From contig CAZQEW010000007.1 in assembly GCA_964591495.1 (NCBI GenBank), positions 5,681 through 68,513 on the forward strand: a stretch of DNA of 62,833 bases, given 5' to 3'. Both the position numbers and the translations under genes were made by a program. This stretch comes from an uncultured Klebsiella sp. GTDB lineage: Bacteria; Verrucomicrobiota; Verrucomicrobiia; Limisphaerales; SXTU01. The notes under the pieces are model-generated. The model ran no database searches. It was not told the DNA's origin and worked only from the letters and a program-made list of their open reading frames with translations. Positions 46,038-55,221 of this stretch are shown in pieces. Each line of letters begins with the position of its first letter. The first letter of the stretch is position 1.

Positions 46038-46298
46038 CTACGCTTTCTGATGGCCCTTATCCACCGGATATTTCTCGTGCACTTCGACGAGCCGGCCCTG
46101 CTCGTCGTAGATTTCCTGCCAGAACCGCACCGTCGCTTCCGCAGCGTCCACTTCCTTCAAGTAACGCGCGCTCCAGCCCTGCCGCCCCGCGACTTTGAAG
46201 GTGTAGCGCCGCCCGCCTCCGGGAAGCTCCACCCACTGACCGAAACGCTTCTCGTTACGTGCGCGCGTGCTCACAAACTCAAGTCGCCGGTTCGGCAA
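46038..46298 (-). CDS. small basic hypothetical protein (78-86 aa), proximal gene of an embedded two-gene cassette
   Basis: There is no ATG. The possible starts are TTG 46298, which overlaps the upstream gene by 20 nt, or GTG 46274. C-terminus FWQEIYDEQGRLVEVHEKYPVDKGHQ. A 2-nt gap separates it from the next small gene. Confidence 0.5.
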   Translation of the reverse strand: MPNRRLEFVSTRARNEKRFGQWVELPGGGRRYTFKVAGRQGWSARYLKEVDAAEATVRFWQEIYDEQGRLVEVHEKYPVDKGHQKA

Positions 46299-48381
46299 CC
46301 GGCCGCTTCGCCAGCCAACCGGCCAGCAGCGTTTCCATCGTCACGAACACTAGCGCACCCGCAATCAACCAGCGCCACAGCTTCTGCCGGCCTTCCAGCT
46401 CCGCGTTCGCGAGCTGGCGTTTGGCTTCGGTGACTTGCGCCAGTGACTTGCCATCCGCGCGCGTCACGGGCAGGCCGAGGTGTTCCAGTTCTTCGACTGG
46501 CAGCGGCGCGGTCTTGCTCTCCACGGGGTCGAGGTTCACGGCGAAGCGTTGGGTCAACGCGCCGCTGACGGCGGTGTAGATGCCGGGCTGGTCGGTCTGG
46601 ATGTTGGCGGCGGTGCCCGCGCCGAGCGTGAGGCTCGTGCCGTCGGGCCGGGTCACGCGCACGGCGGCGTTCGTGGCGGCGAGCGGGACGGTGTCGCCTA
46701 CGGTGTGCTGGGTAGTTTGCGGACGGAGACCGCCGGCCTGCTCCAGCAGCGAGAACAGCAGCGGCAGAAACTTCGACGAGAGCGCGAGCTGGCTGTCGCC
46801 GGGCTGCCAGCCGGTCGCGAGGACGTAGAGCGTGCCTTTGACAACGGGCACTTGCAGCAGCGCGGGGTCGCCCGTGTCGAACTTCGCGACGACGCGCGCT
46901 CCGGGGAACTGCGTCGCGTCGAGCCGGCGATACTTCCAGAAGTGAATCTTGGTGAAGTCGCTGAAGCGCGGGTCGGCGAACGGCGCGAAGAGCGGGTGCT
47001 GGAAATCAATCTCCGCCAGCAGCGCGTAGGACGGCACCTTCGCCTCGTCGGCGGAGACAGTTTCCTTGCCGAGCAAGCCCGCCAGCGTGCGCGCGACGTT
47101 ACGGTTCTTGAGCGAGAGGAGAACGGTCTTGCCCTCGGTCAGCAGGCGGCGGACGGCGGCGGTGCGCTCATCGGGCAAGGCGTCGGTGACGATGACCAGC
47201 GGAGCTTCGGTGTCCGTCGGGAAAAGCTGCGCGGCCGGTGTGCGCGGGAGGACTTGCACAACCTGGCGACGCGTGGGCGGGAAGGCGCGTTCGAGGAAGT
47301 AAAGCGGCTCGGCGGTGTCGGTGGCCGACTCGCTGCCGAGGTAAAGCACGCCTACGCGCGCGGCCTCGGGCAGGATGAGCGCGAGCGAGTTGTCGAATGT
47401 CTCGTCGTCGCCGCGCAACAACACGCGCTCGGCGATGGCACCCATTGGCGGCGCGGTGAGCGCGACGACTCGGCTCTGGCCCGGCGGCACGTAGATGTCC
47501 TGCGGCTTGCCGACGAACTCCTTGCCGTCCGACCAGCCGACTTGGAACTGCTCGCGCTTGGCGTCGGACGAGTTACTCACGCGGACGCGGGCGAGCGCTT
47601 CGCCGGGCTTCTTCCCGTTCTCGTCGGTGTCGGCGATGAGCTGGAGGCCAGCATTGGTGGGCTTCTTGGCCTTCAGCGGCTCGACTATGAGTTCGGTGCC
47701 TTTGGGCCACTCGTAGGCTTGGAGCGCATCCAGCCGGCTGCCTTCCGCAAGGTCGCTGATGAGCACGACCTGCCGCGGGCCGCGCGCGGGCTGTTGGGCG
47801 TTGCCGCTGCGGGCGTCCTCCAACGCGGTCGCAGCGGCGACGAGCGCGTGGCCCAACTGCGTGCCGTTCCAGCCGGGAGAAATTTTCTTGAGGCCTTCCA
47901 CGGCGAGTTCCGCGCGCTGGCCACCGGCGGCGGCCGTCCATTGCTCGAAGGTTACGAGCCGGCGCACCTCGCGGTCGAAGGTGAATAGCGCGACGGTGTC
48001 TTCCGGCGCAGCAGCGCGGAGCACGGCGTCGGCCTTCGCACGGGCGTCCGCCCAAAGGCCATCGCGCCTCATGCTGGCGCTGGTGTCCACGAGGACGACG
48101 ATGCGCTTGCCCGGGCCAACGGGCAGGTCGGTGGTGTCCGCCTTGGGGAGGAATGGCCGCGCGAAGGCGAGTGCGAGCAGGCACAGCACGGCGGCGCGCA
48201 GCAGGAGGAGAAGAATGTGCTCCAGCCGGCTGCGCTTGGTCACACGCGGCGGCACCGGCAGCAGGAACATCAGAGAACTGAACTCGGTCTGCTCCTTCGA
48301 GGTCTGCCGGATGAGGTGGAAAATGACCGGCAGCGCGACCGAGAGCGCGCCGATGAGGAAGAGAGGCGTGAGGAAGCTCAT
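46279..48381 (-). CDS. BatA-type N-terminal double-TM domain + vWA domain protein
   Basis: 700 aa. MSFLTPLFLIGALSVALPVIFHLIRQ is the Aerotolerance-regulator/TIGR02226-type N-terminus. The vWA MIDAS context is RIVVLVDTSASM. A C-terminal TM helix is present, and there is an ATGA overlap with the DUF58 gene. Confidence 0.85.
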   Translation of the reverse strand: MSFLTPLFLIGALSVALPVIFHLIRQTSKEQTEFSSLMFLLPVPPRVTKRSRLEHILLLLLRAAVLCLLALAFARPFLPKADTTDLPVGPGKRIVVLVDTSASMRRDGLWADARAKADAVLRAAAPEDTVALFTFDREVRRLVTFEQWTAAAGGQRAELAVEGLKKISPGWNGTQLGHALVAAATALEDARSGNAQQPARGPRQVVLISDLAEGSRLDALQAYEWPKGTELIVEPLKAKKPTNAGLQLIADTDENGKKPGEALARVRVSNSSDAKREQFQVGWSDGKEFVGKPQDIYVPPGQSRVVALTAPPMGAIAERVLLRGDDETFDNSLALILPEAARVGVLYLGSESATDTAEPLYFLERAFPPTRRQVVQVLPRTPAAQLFPTDTEAPLVIVTDALPDERTAAVRRLLTEGKTVLLSLKNRNVARTLAGLLGKETVSADEAKVPSYALLAEIDFQHPLFAPFADPRFSDFTKIHFWKYRRLDATQFPGARVVAKFDTGDPALLQVPVVKGTLYVLATGWQPGDSQLALSSKFLPLLFSLLEQAGGLRPQTTQHTVGDTVPLAATNAAVRVTRPDGTSLTLGAGTAANIQTDQPGIYTAVSGALTQRFAVNLDPVESKTAPLPVEELEHLGLPVTRADGKSLAQVTEAKRQLANAELEGRQKLWRWLIAGALVFVTMETLLAGWLAKRPVAEPAT

Positions 48382-49315
48382 GCGGCGTTGCGTTTCACGA
48401 GCTTGCCCTTGTTCATCCGCTCGCGGAGGAAGTCGAAGAGCGCGAGTTCCAGCGGTTGGTCGGTAGTGAGGCGGCGGAGAGCGATGCCGAGCTTGGCGCA
48501 GATGACTTCTACGGCAGCGCAGTGGGCATCGAAGCGGCGCTTGTATTCGGCGCGGACGGCGTCGGGGTCAATGTAGAGCTGGCGGCCGGATTCGAGGTCG
48601 CGGAAGAGCGCGGCCTTGGTGAAGTCGAAGGCGAGCTCCGCCGGGTCGAGAATCTGGAAGACGACGACTTCGTGGCCGCTGGCGGTGAGCGTGGCGAGAT
48701 TTTTCTCCAAAGTCTCGATGGGCGCGAGCAGGTCGGTAAGCAGCACCATGAGGCCGCGTTTGCGGACGATTTCCACGATGCGCCTGAGCGGGGCGGCGAG
48801 GTCGGTGGCGGCGCCGCCGGGGGGCTTCTCCAGCGCAAGCATGAGGTGGCGCAAGTGGCCGGGGCGGTGGCGGGCGGGGAGATACTCGCGGATTTGGTCG
48901 TCGAAGGTCAGCAGGCCGATGGCGTCGCCCTGCTGGTGGAGGAAGAAGGCGAGCGTGGCGGCGAGGGTATTCGCGTAGGCGGCCTTTGTGATGCCGCGCG
49001 AGCCGAAGTTCATCGAGCGACTGTTGTCAGCGAGGAGGTGGCAGCGGAGGTTGGTTTCGTCCTCGAACTTCTTGATGAAGTAGCGGTCGCTCCGGGCGAA
49101 GAGTTTCCAATCGAGATAGCGCGGGTCGTCGCCGGGCGTGTATTGGCGATACTCGGTGAACTCGACGCTAAAGCCGTGATACGGGCTGCGATGAATGCCG
49201 CTCCAAAAGCCCTCGACCACAACGCGCGCCCGCATCTCCAGACTGCGGATGGCCATGAGCGCCTGCGGGTCAATCAACTCGCCCTGCGCGCGGCTGGCTT
49301 GGTCGGCGGGAGAAA

Positions 49316-49319
<4 letters not shown>
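48378..49319 (-). CDS. DUF58 domain protein (MoxR-associated, vWA-like)
   Basis: From ATG 49319: GIHRSPYHGFSVEFTEYRQYTPGDDPRYLDWK is the DUF58 hallmark. ATGA overlap with the moxR stop. The longer track ORF (to 49550) overlaps moxR out of frame and was trimmed. Confidence 0.88.
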
Positions 49320-50401
<1,082 letters not shown>

Positions 50402-50413
50402 TGATGTCCCTTG

Positions 50414-51289
50414 TCAGTGAGTCATTGCGTAAAAAATCACGTTGATGCCGAGCGGGTAGGCGCGCTTCTCGGAGAACTCCTTGAAGTAATACTCGTTCTC
50501 GCCTTCACGTTCCCAGCCGTCGCCGTTGTCGGTGTTGTGGGCGATGAAGACCATCATGCGGCCCTTGTCGTCGAAGATGCCCTTGAAATGGACGTCGCGT
50601 GCGTCCTCACGTTCCCAGGTGATGCCCGTCTGCTGACTCCAGGTGCCGGTGCCGACGTTGGGGCATTGCATTTCGTTTTTCGTGCGCGTGATGGGGAAAA
50701 CCGTGTGGAAAATGGGATGGTCCATCTCCAGCTCGATGGCGTCGCGCTCGGGGAAGACGCGCTTGATCTCGCGGATAAAGTTCGCCAGCTCGGCCTCGCC
50801 CCAGAAATCGTCCACCATGAGAAAGCCGCCGTTGAGCAGATACTTCCGCAGGATGGGCACCTCCTCGTCTTTGAACCGCAGCGCGCCCACCTCCACCATG
50901 TAGATCCAGGGGTAGTTGAAGAGGTCCGGGTCCTCGATTTCCAGCAGGCGCCCGAGCGGGTCCACCTTCAGCGAGGTCATCTGCTGGAGCCGGTAGGAAA
51001 GGTTAAGGTCGGCGTCGGGGAAATCCGTGCTCCAGCCGCCGCGACTGCGCCCGCCGCTCCAACTGCTGTAGCGGATGCGGCAGAAGGTGAACGTGTCCTT
51101 CTTGAACGCCGGGGCGTTGGTCCACATCGGCGTCTCGTTGGAATGCTGCTCGGCCTCGCGCGCGGTCTTGGGATAACCGCTGCCGGAGAAATTGCCTTCG
51201 CCCCGGAAGCGCCCGCGAAACTGGGCGAAGACAGCAGCGCTCACCAACGCGAGCGCGAGGACGGCGAGAAGCTTGGCGCGGGAGGTCAT
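50414..51289 (-). CDS. DUF4159 domain protein (secreted)
   Basis: From ATG 51289 the signal peptide is MTSRAKLLAVLALALVSAAVFA. FTFCRIRY, WSTDFPDADLN, LFNYPWIYMVEVG, LRKYLLNGGFLMVDDFWG and GINVIFYAMTH are DUF4159-type motifs. The track N-terminal extension reads through a palindromic repeat. Confidence 0.85.
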   Translation of the reverse strand: MTSRAKLLAVLALALVSAAVFAQFRGRFRGEGNFSGSGYPKTAREAEQHSNETPMWTNAPAFKKDTFTFCRIRYSSWSGGRSRGGWSTDFPDADLNLSYRLQQMTSLKVDPLGRLLEIEDPDLFNYPWIYMVEVGALRFKDEEVPILRKYLLNGGFLMVDDFWGEAELANFIREIKRVFPERDAIELEMDHPIFHTVFPITRTKNEMQCPNVGTGTWSQQTGITWEREDARDVHFKGIFDDKGRMMVFIAHNTDNGDGWEREGENEYYFKEFSEKRAYPLGINVIFYAMTH

Positions 51290-51314
51290 GAGAGTTGGGA
51301 AACAGGATTTGGCT

Positions 51315-51404
51315 GCCCGCGAATCACGCGAATGGACGCGAATGAAGCCCGCCCTGCCGCTGAAACTGCTTTCCCATTCGCGCTGATTCGCGTGATTCGC
51401 GGGC
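51315..51404. repeat. REP-like palindromic element (perfect 19-bp inverted repeat arms, CGCGAAT sub-repeats)
   Basis: The left arm GCCCGCGAATCACGCGAAT (51315-51333) is the exact reverse complement of ATTCGCGTGATTCGCGGGC (51386-51404). Inner CGCGAATG (51337-51344) pairs with CATTCGCG (51375-51382). CGCGAAT occurs three times in direct orientation within the left arm and its inner extension (51318-51343). Confidence 0.7.
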
Positions 51405-51443
51405 AACCAATCGTTTGGAGAATTTGCTTCATGGCTGACGCGC

Positions 51444-54113
51444 TCACGGCTTTTGGGTTGGCGCGGGTTTCTCTCCTGGAGGCAATTTAAGCAGCAGGTC
51501 GTGCGCCTCGCGGAAGCGGGGGGCTTCTTCCAAGGCCATCAGGATGTGCTGCTTCGCGGATTTTGCGTCGGTCGGGTGAAAGAGTTTTGCGAGGCGGAAG
51601 TGGACTTCGGCCGGATCGGCGGGGTCGAGGAGCAGCACGGTCTGGTAGGCGGCGATGGCTTCGTTCGGCTGCTTCAGCTCCTCGCTCGCCCGCGCGAGCC
51701 AACGGTGCGGTTGCGGCACGAGCGGGTTCACGGCGAGGTAACGCCGCGCGTTCTCGGCCACCACCGGCCAGTCCTTCGTCGCGGCGGCCAGTTCCATCAA
51801 GCGGAGGTAGGCGTCCACCGCGTCCGGGTCGAGCGCGGCGAGCTTCGTGAGCGTGGCGCGCTCCTGCGAAGTCTCCTTCAACTCCCGCTGCACTTGAGCA
51901 AGCAGCCACAGCGCGGAGTCGCCGCCGGTGTGCGTCGGGTAATTCTCTATGAGCTTCAGCAATGGTGCCTTGGCCTCCGCAAACTTCTTCTCTGCGATGA
52001 GCTTCTTCGCAGACTGCGTGAGCACGTAAAAGTTCTTCGGGTGCACCTTGAGCGGGTCAAGCAGCGGCTTGCCATCAGGAGTGACCACCGGGGCCTCAGA
52101 GGGACGCGCGCCGCCCGAAGCCATCCCGGGCAAGCCCGCCATCCCCTTCGGTTTCTCGAAATCCAGCCCGGGCGCGAGCTTCTCAGCCAAATCCTTCGCG
52201 TAGGCTGCGAAATCCTTCTCCACCTTCTCCAGCGGCGCGGTGTGCGCGACGATGGCCTGGTTGATGGGCTTGCCCGTCGCGAGGTCGGCGAGGATTTTCC
52301 GCAGCTTCTCCACGCCAAATTTCTCGATGAGGAACTGCACCACCAGCGAGGACTCGTAATAGGCGAATTGCAGGTGCAGGTCGCTCTTCGCCGTGAGGAA
52401 CGCACTACTCAAGTCGCCCACCGGCGTCAGTTCGTCGCCGAGAATCATCTCGCGGTAGCGCGGGTTCATCACCTGACCCCACGCCGGGCTGGCCTGCCGC
52501 TCCTCGTAAACCGAAATTCCCTCGCTCAACCAGCGCGGCATCTTGTTTTTTGTCAGCGTGAGCGTGATGACGTGACAGAACTCGTGCCAGAGCGTCGCTT
52601 CCCAGTTCGAGGCGTGGCCGCGTGAGCTCGCAGGGCTGTTCGCCGTGATGAGGCAGCCGAAGCACACGCCGAGGAAGCCCGGATTGTCAGGCATCCCGAA
52701 GGTGCGGACGCCGAAGTCCTTCTGCTCCGGATAAATCTCCACGATGGTCCGCTTCTCCAGCGCGAGCCCATATTTCTTCGTCAGCGTGTCGTGCGCGCGC
52801 TGAAGCAACGCCAGCACGCGCGGCCCGTAAATCTTCGCCTCGCGCGCGTCCATGCGGACGACGAAGTGCGCGTTGGTCAGCGCGACGAACTTGTCGGTCG
52901 TGTCCTTCAGCGTGACGAGGTTGAACGCGTTGACGTCGTAACCGTCGGCCTCGTGCACATCGGCGACGAGTTTCCAACCTTCCTCCTCCTCGCCGAGCCG
53001 CAGCAAATCCTGCGCGAGCTGGAACTTCGCGGGGAGATGGTTGCGGTCGAACTTCAGCGCGAGCCGCTGATACGCCGCGCCCTCGGCAAAGCGATACTTC
53101 TGCGAGAGCTTGCGCCCGATGAGCTGGTCGACCGCCGGGTTGTTCGTGTAGTGCCGCAGCGCGTCAGCGCGGAACTGCTTCTCCTTCGCCGGGTCGTTCC
53201 GCAGGTGCGCCATAACCGCGCGATACGCGCACGCCTCCGGCTGGTTCACGTTCACTTCGAGGACTTCCTTGAGGAGCTTCTCCGCCTCCTCGTATTCCTC
53301 GGCGTCCACGAGATGGTCCACCAGCAGCAGCCGCGAGGGGACGTGCTTCTCGTTGAACTCCATCGCGCGCTCGAGCGCGCGCAGCGCCTGCGGACGCGAC
53401 CCGCTCATCAGCGACCGCGCGAGGCCGAACTGCATGTCTGCGTCCTCCTTGAAGCGCTTGAGCGCCTCCTGAAAAATCTTCGCCGCGAGCGGAAAGTCGC
53501 CCTTTTCGAGCGCGAGCTGGCCGGTGGCGAGGTAGATGTCCCGCAAGTCCGGGGCGGACTTTTTCACCGGCTCGAACAGACGATCCAGAACCATCTTTGG
53601 GTCGGCACCGAGCAGCAGCGCGGCGCGACCGAGTGCGGTGACATTCGCCGGGTCGCGATAAGCCCAGGTGCGGGAACCGGCGAGGCGGTTGATTTCATCG
53701 AGCAGTTCCTTCGCCTCGTCGGGCAGGCCGTTGAACAGCTTCACGTCGCGGCCCACAAGCCGGAGCCGAATGCTGGACGAATGCGGGTAGCGGGAAAGCG
53801 CGTTGGTCAACGCGGTGTGCGCCTGTTGAAACTGGCCGACGGCCATATGCGCCTGCACGAGCAGGAGGCGCCAGTCCTCGCTGCTTTCCTCCTCTTTCGC
53901 GCCCTTCTCGGCGGCGGCGATGGCCTCGGAATACTTGCCGGTTTGGAGCAGCTTCCGCGCGTCAGACAGCTCGTCAGCGCAGGCCGGCCGCACGAGCCAG
54001 ACGACGAGCAGCACGAGAAGGATTGCGGGCACGCGCTCTCTGACGGAGCGGGTGGCGCGGCGCTTCAGGATTTGGCCGGCGGGCGACACGGAGTTGCCTA
54101 ACGTCGTCAGCAT
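51444..54113 (-). CDS. TPR-repeat protein with a gluzincin-type HExxH peptidase-like domain
   Basis: 889 aa. N-terminal anchor PAILLVLLVVWLVRPACA. TPR-like repeats occur at both ends. HEFCH lies at 52572-52586 (WHEFCHVITL) and is followed about 20 aa later by WLSEGISVYEE, a candidate third-ligand Glu as in MA-clan peptidases. Confidence 0.8.
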   Translation of the reverse strand: MLTTLGNSVSPAGQILKRRATRSVRERVPAILLVLLVVWLVRPACADELSDARKLLQTGKYSEAIAAAEKGAKEEESSEDWRLLLVQAHMAVGQFQQAHTALTNALSRYPHSSSIRLRLVGRDVKLFNGLPDEAKELLDEINRLAGSRTWAYRDPANVTALGRAALLLGADPKMVLDRLFEPVKKSAPDLRDIYLATGQLALEKGDFPLAAKIFQEALKRFKEDADMQFGLARSLMSGSRPQALRALERAMEFNEKHVPSRLLLVDHLVDAEEYEEAEKLLKEVLEVNVNQPEACAYRAVMAHLRNDPAKEKQFRADALRHYTNNPAVDQLIGRKLSQKYRFAEGAAYQRLALKFDRNHLPAKFQLAQDLLRLGEEEEGWKLVADVHEADGYDVNAFNLVTLKDTTDKFVALTNAHFVVRMDAREAKIYGPRVLALLQRAHDTLTKKYGLALEKRTIVEIYPEQKDFGVRTFGMPDNPGFLGVCFGCLITANSPASSRGHASNWEATLWHEFCHVITLTLTKNKMPRWLSEGISVYEERQASPAWGQVMNPRYREMILGDELTPVGDLSSAFLTAKSDLHLQFAYYESSLVVQFLIEKFGVEKLRKILADLATGKPINQAIVAHTAPLEKVEKDFAAYAKDLAEKLAPGLDFEKPKGMAGLPGMASGGARPSEAPVVTPDGKPLLDPLKVHPKNFYVLTQSAKKLIAEKKFAEAKAPLLKLIENYPTHTGGDSALWLLAQVQRELKETSQERATLTKLAALDPDAVDAYLRLMELAAATKDWPVVAENARRYLAVNPLVPQPHRWLARASEELKQPNEAIAAYQTVLLLDPADPAEVHFRLAKLFHPTDAKSAKQHILMALEEAPRFREAHDLLLKLPPGEKPAPTQKP

Positions 54114-54170
54114 AGGAAGTGACCGGACGATTGCAACGCGCCAGCCGAGAAAGTTTCGCGCAAAGATTAC

Positions 54171-55163
54171 TCAGCCGGTCGGGGACGAAACTTCCCGCCA
54201 CGGCAGCGGGTGGAACCGGAATCTCGCCGGGTGCCGAGCATGAGCATCCAGTTCCGCCGTGAGCCAGCCGCCGTCCTTCAACAGTTGGATGCCCGTGAGC
54301 GAGGGACACAACTTCACGTTGAACGGACGCCACAACCGGCCTTCGTTCAACGCCTTGCTCATGCGACGCACGCTCACGCCGAGGAAGTTCAGCGTCGGCA
54401 TGCCGGACAGCACGCGGCTGGTGCGGAGGATCAGTTCGGAGTGCAGGTGGCCAATCACCGTGGCCTCCACCTGCGGGAGCCGGTCGGCGACTTCAGGGAT
54501 GCGCGCGAGGAACGGCAGCGCCGTCGGGTCATGGCAGAAGAGCAGCACGCGCTGCTGGGGATGCAGGCCGGCAAACGCCGCGCGGATTTCCTCCAGATGG
54601 GCCGCGCGCAACGCCTCCCACTCGGCGCGTTCGGCGGCGATCATTTCGCGCTCGAAGATGGGCAGCGCAACCAACGTGGAAGTCACGCCGAGGAAAACAT
54701 ACCTCTCCCACTCGAACCGCCAAAACGGTCGTAGCCCCAGCCCGGCCGTTGCGCGCGGCCAGCTCGCAAGCCGAAGCCCGCCATGCCCGCCCACCAAGCT
54801 TTGCTTGCCCAGCTCGTGATCGCCGATGGTGGCATGCAGTCGGCTGCCAAACTTTGCGCGCAGCTTGCCGAGGCATTCCTCCGCGCTGGCATAAGCCGCC
54901 TCATCGCTCACGCCCACGAAGGCGGAATCGGCGCTGAAATCACCGTTGGCGATGACCAAGTCGGCAGCGGGTGCCCGCCGGAGAAAAGCATCCAGGAACG
55001 GCCCGTTGCCCAGCGGGTCGCGCAGCCAGACGTAGCCCCGATATGCACTGACGAGTTGGCGCACGGCCCAGTTGGGCGCACAGGCCAGTTCGTAGCCGAC
55101 GCGTTGCCGCTCGGCGGCTCCCGCATGGTGCGGATCACTGACGATGGCAATCGTAGCCGTCAT
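54171..55163 (-). CDS. metallophosphoesterase (calcineurin-like)
   Basis: From ATG 55163: IAIVSDPHH, VIANGDFSAD, ATIGDHELG, LFCHDP and VIGHLH give the full ordered set of metallophosphatase motifs. The track extension to 55259 crosses a terminator hairpin. Confidence 0.8.
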   Translation of the reverse strand: MTATIAIVSDPHHAGAAERQRVGYELACAPNWAVRQLVSAYRGYVWLRDPLGNGPFLDAFLRRAPAADLVIANGDFSADSAFVGVSDEAAYASAEECLGKLRAKFGSRLHATIGDHELGKQSLVGGHGGLRLASWPRATAGLGLRPFWRFEWERYVFLGVTSTLVALPIFEREMIAAERAEWEALRAAHLEEIRAAFAGLHPQQRVLLFCHDPTALPFLARIPEVADRLPQVEATVIGHLHSELILRTSRVLSGMPTLNFLGVSVRRMSKALNEGRLWRPFNVKLCPSLTGIQLLKDGGWLTAELDAHARHPARFRFHPLPWREVSSPTG

Positions 55164-55174
55164 TCCGTGCGGGC

Positions 55175-55203
55175 AAAAAAAAGCCCCGCCGTTAAGGCGG
55201 GGC
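55175..55203 (-). terminator. intrinsic terminator of the FecR-domain gene
   Basis: On the minus strand, GCCCCGCC-TTAAC-GGCGGGGC is followed by TTTTTTTT (plus-strand A-run 55175-55182, stem 55183-55190 / 55196-55203). It lies 19 nt downstream of the stop at 55222. Confidence 0.7.
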
Positions 55204-55221
55204 TTGCTGGGAAACGAGCTT

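Noticed and set aside
39021-47988. Series of 500-670-aa plus-strand ORFs (39021-40742, 41764-43773, 44240-45802, 46480-47988) opposite the Bat-like array
   Set aside because: All are antisense to minus-strand genes that have TM/vWA/BatA_N/coiled-coil features and operon-style overlaps. Their sequences are L/R/A/G-rich with no motifs.
51290-51406. N-terminal extension of the DUF4159 ORF (MPANHANQREWESSF...IRVHSRDSRAAK)
   Set aside because: It reads through the perfect 19-bp palindromic repeat. ATG 51289 gives a canonical signal peptide.
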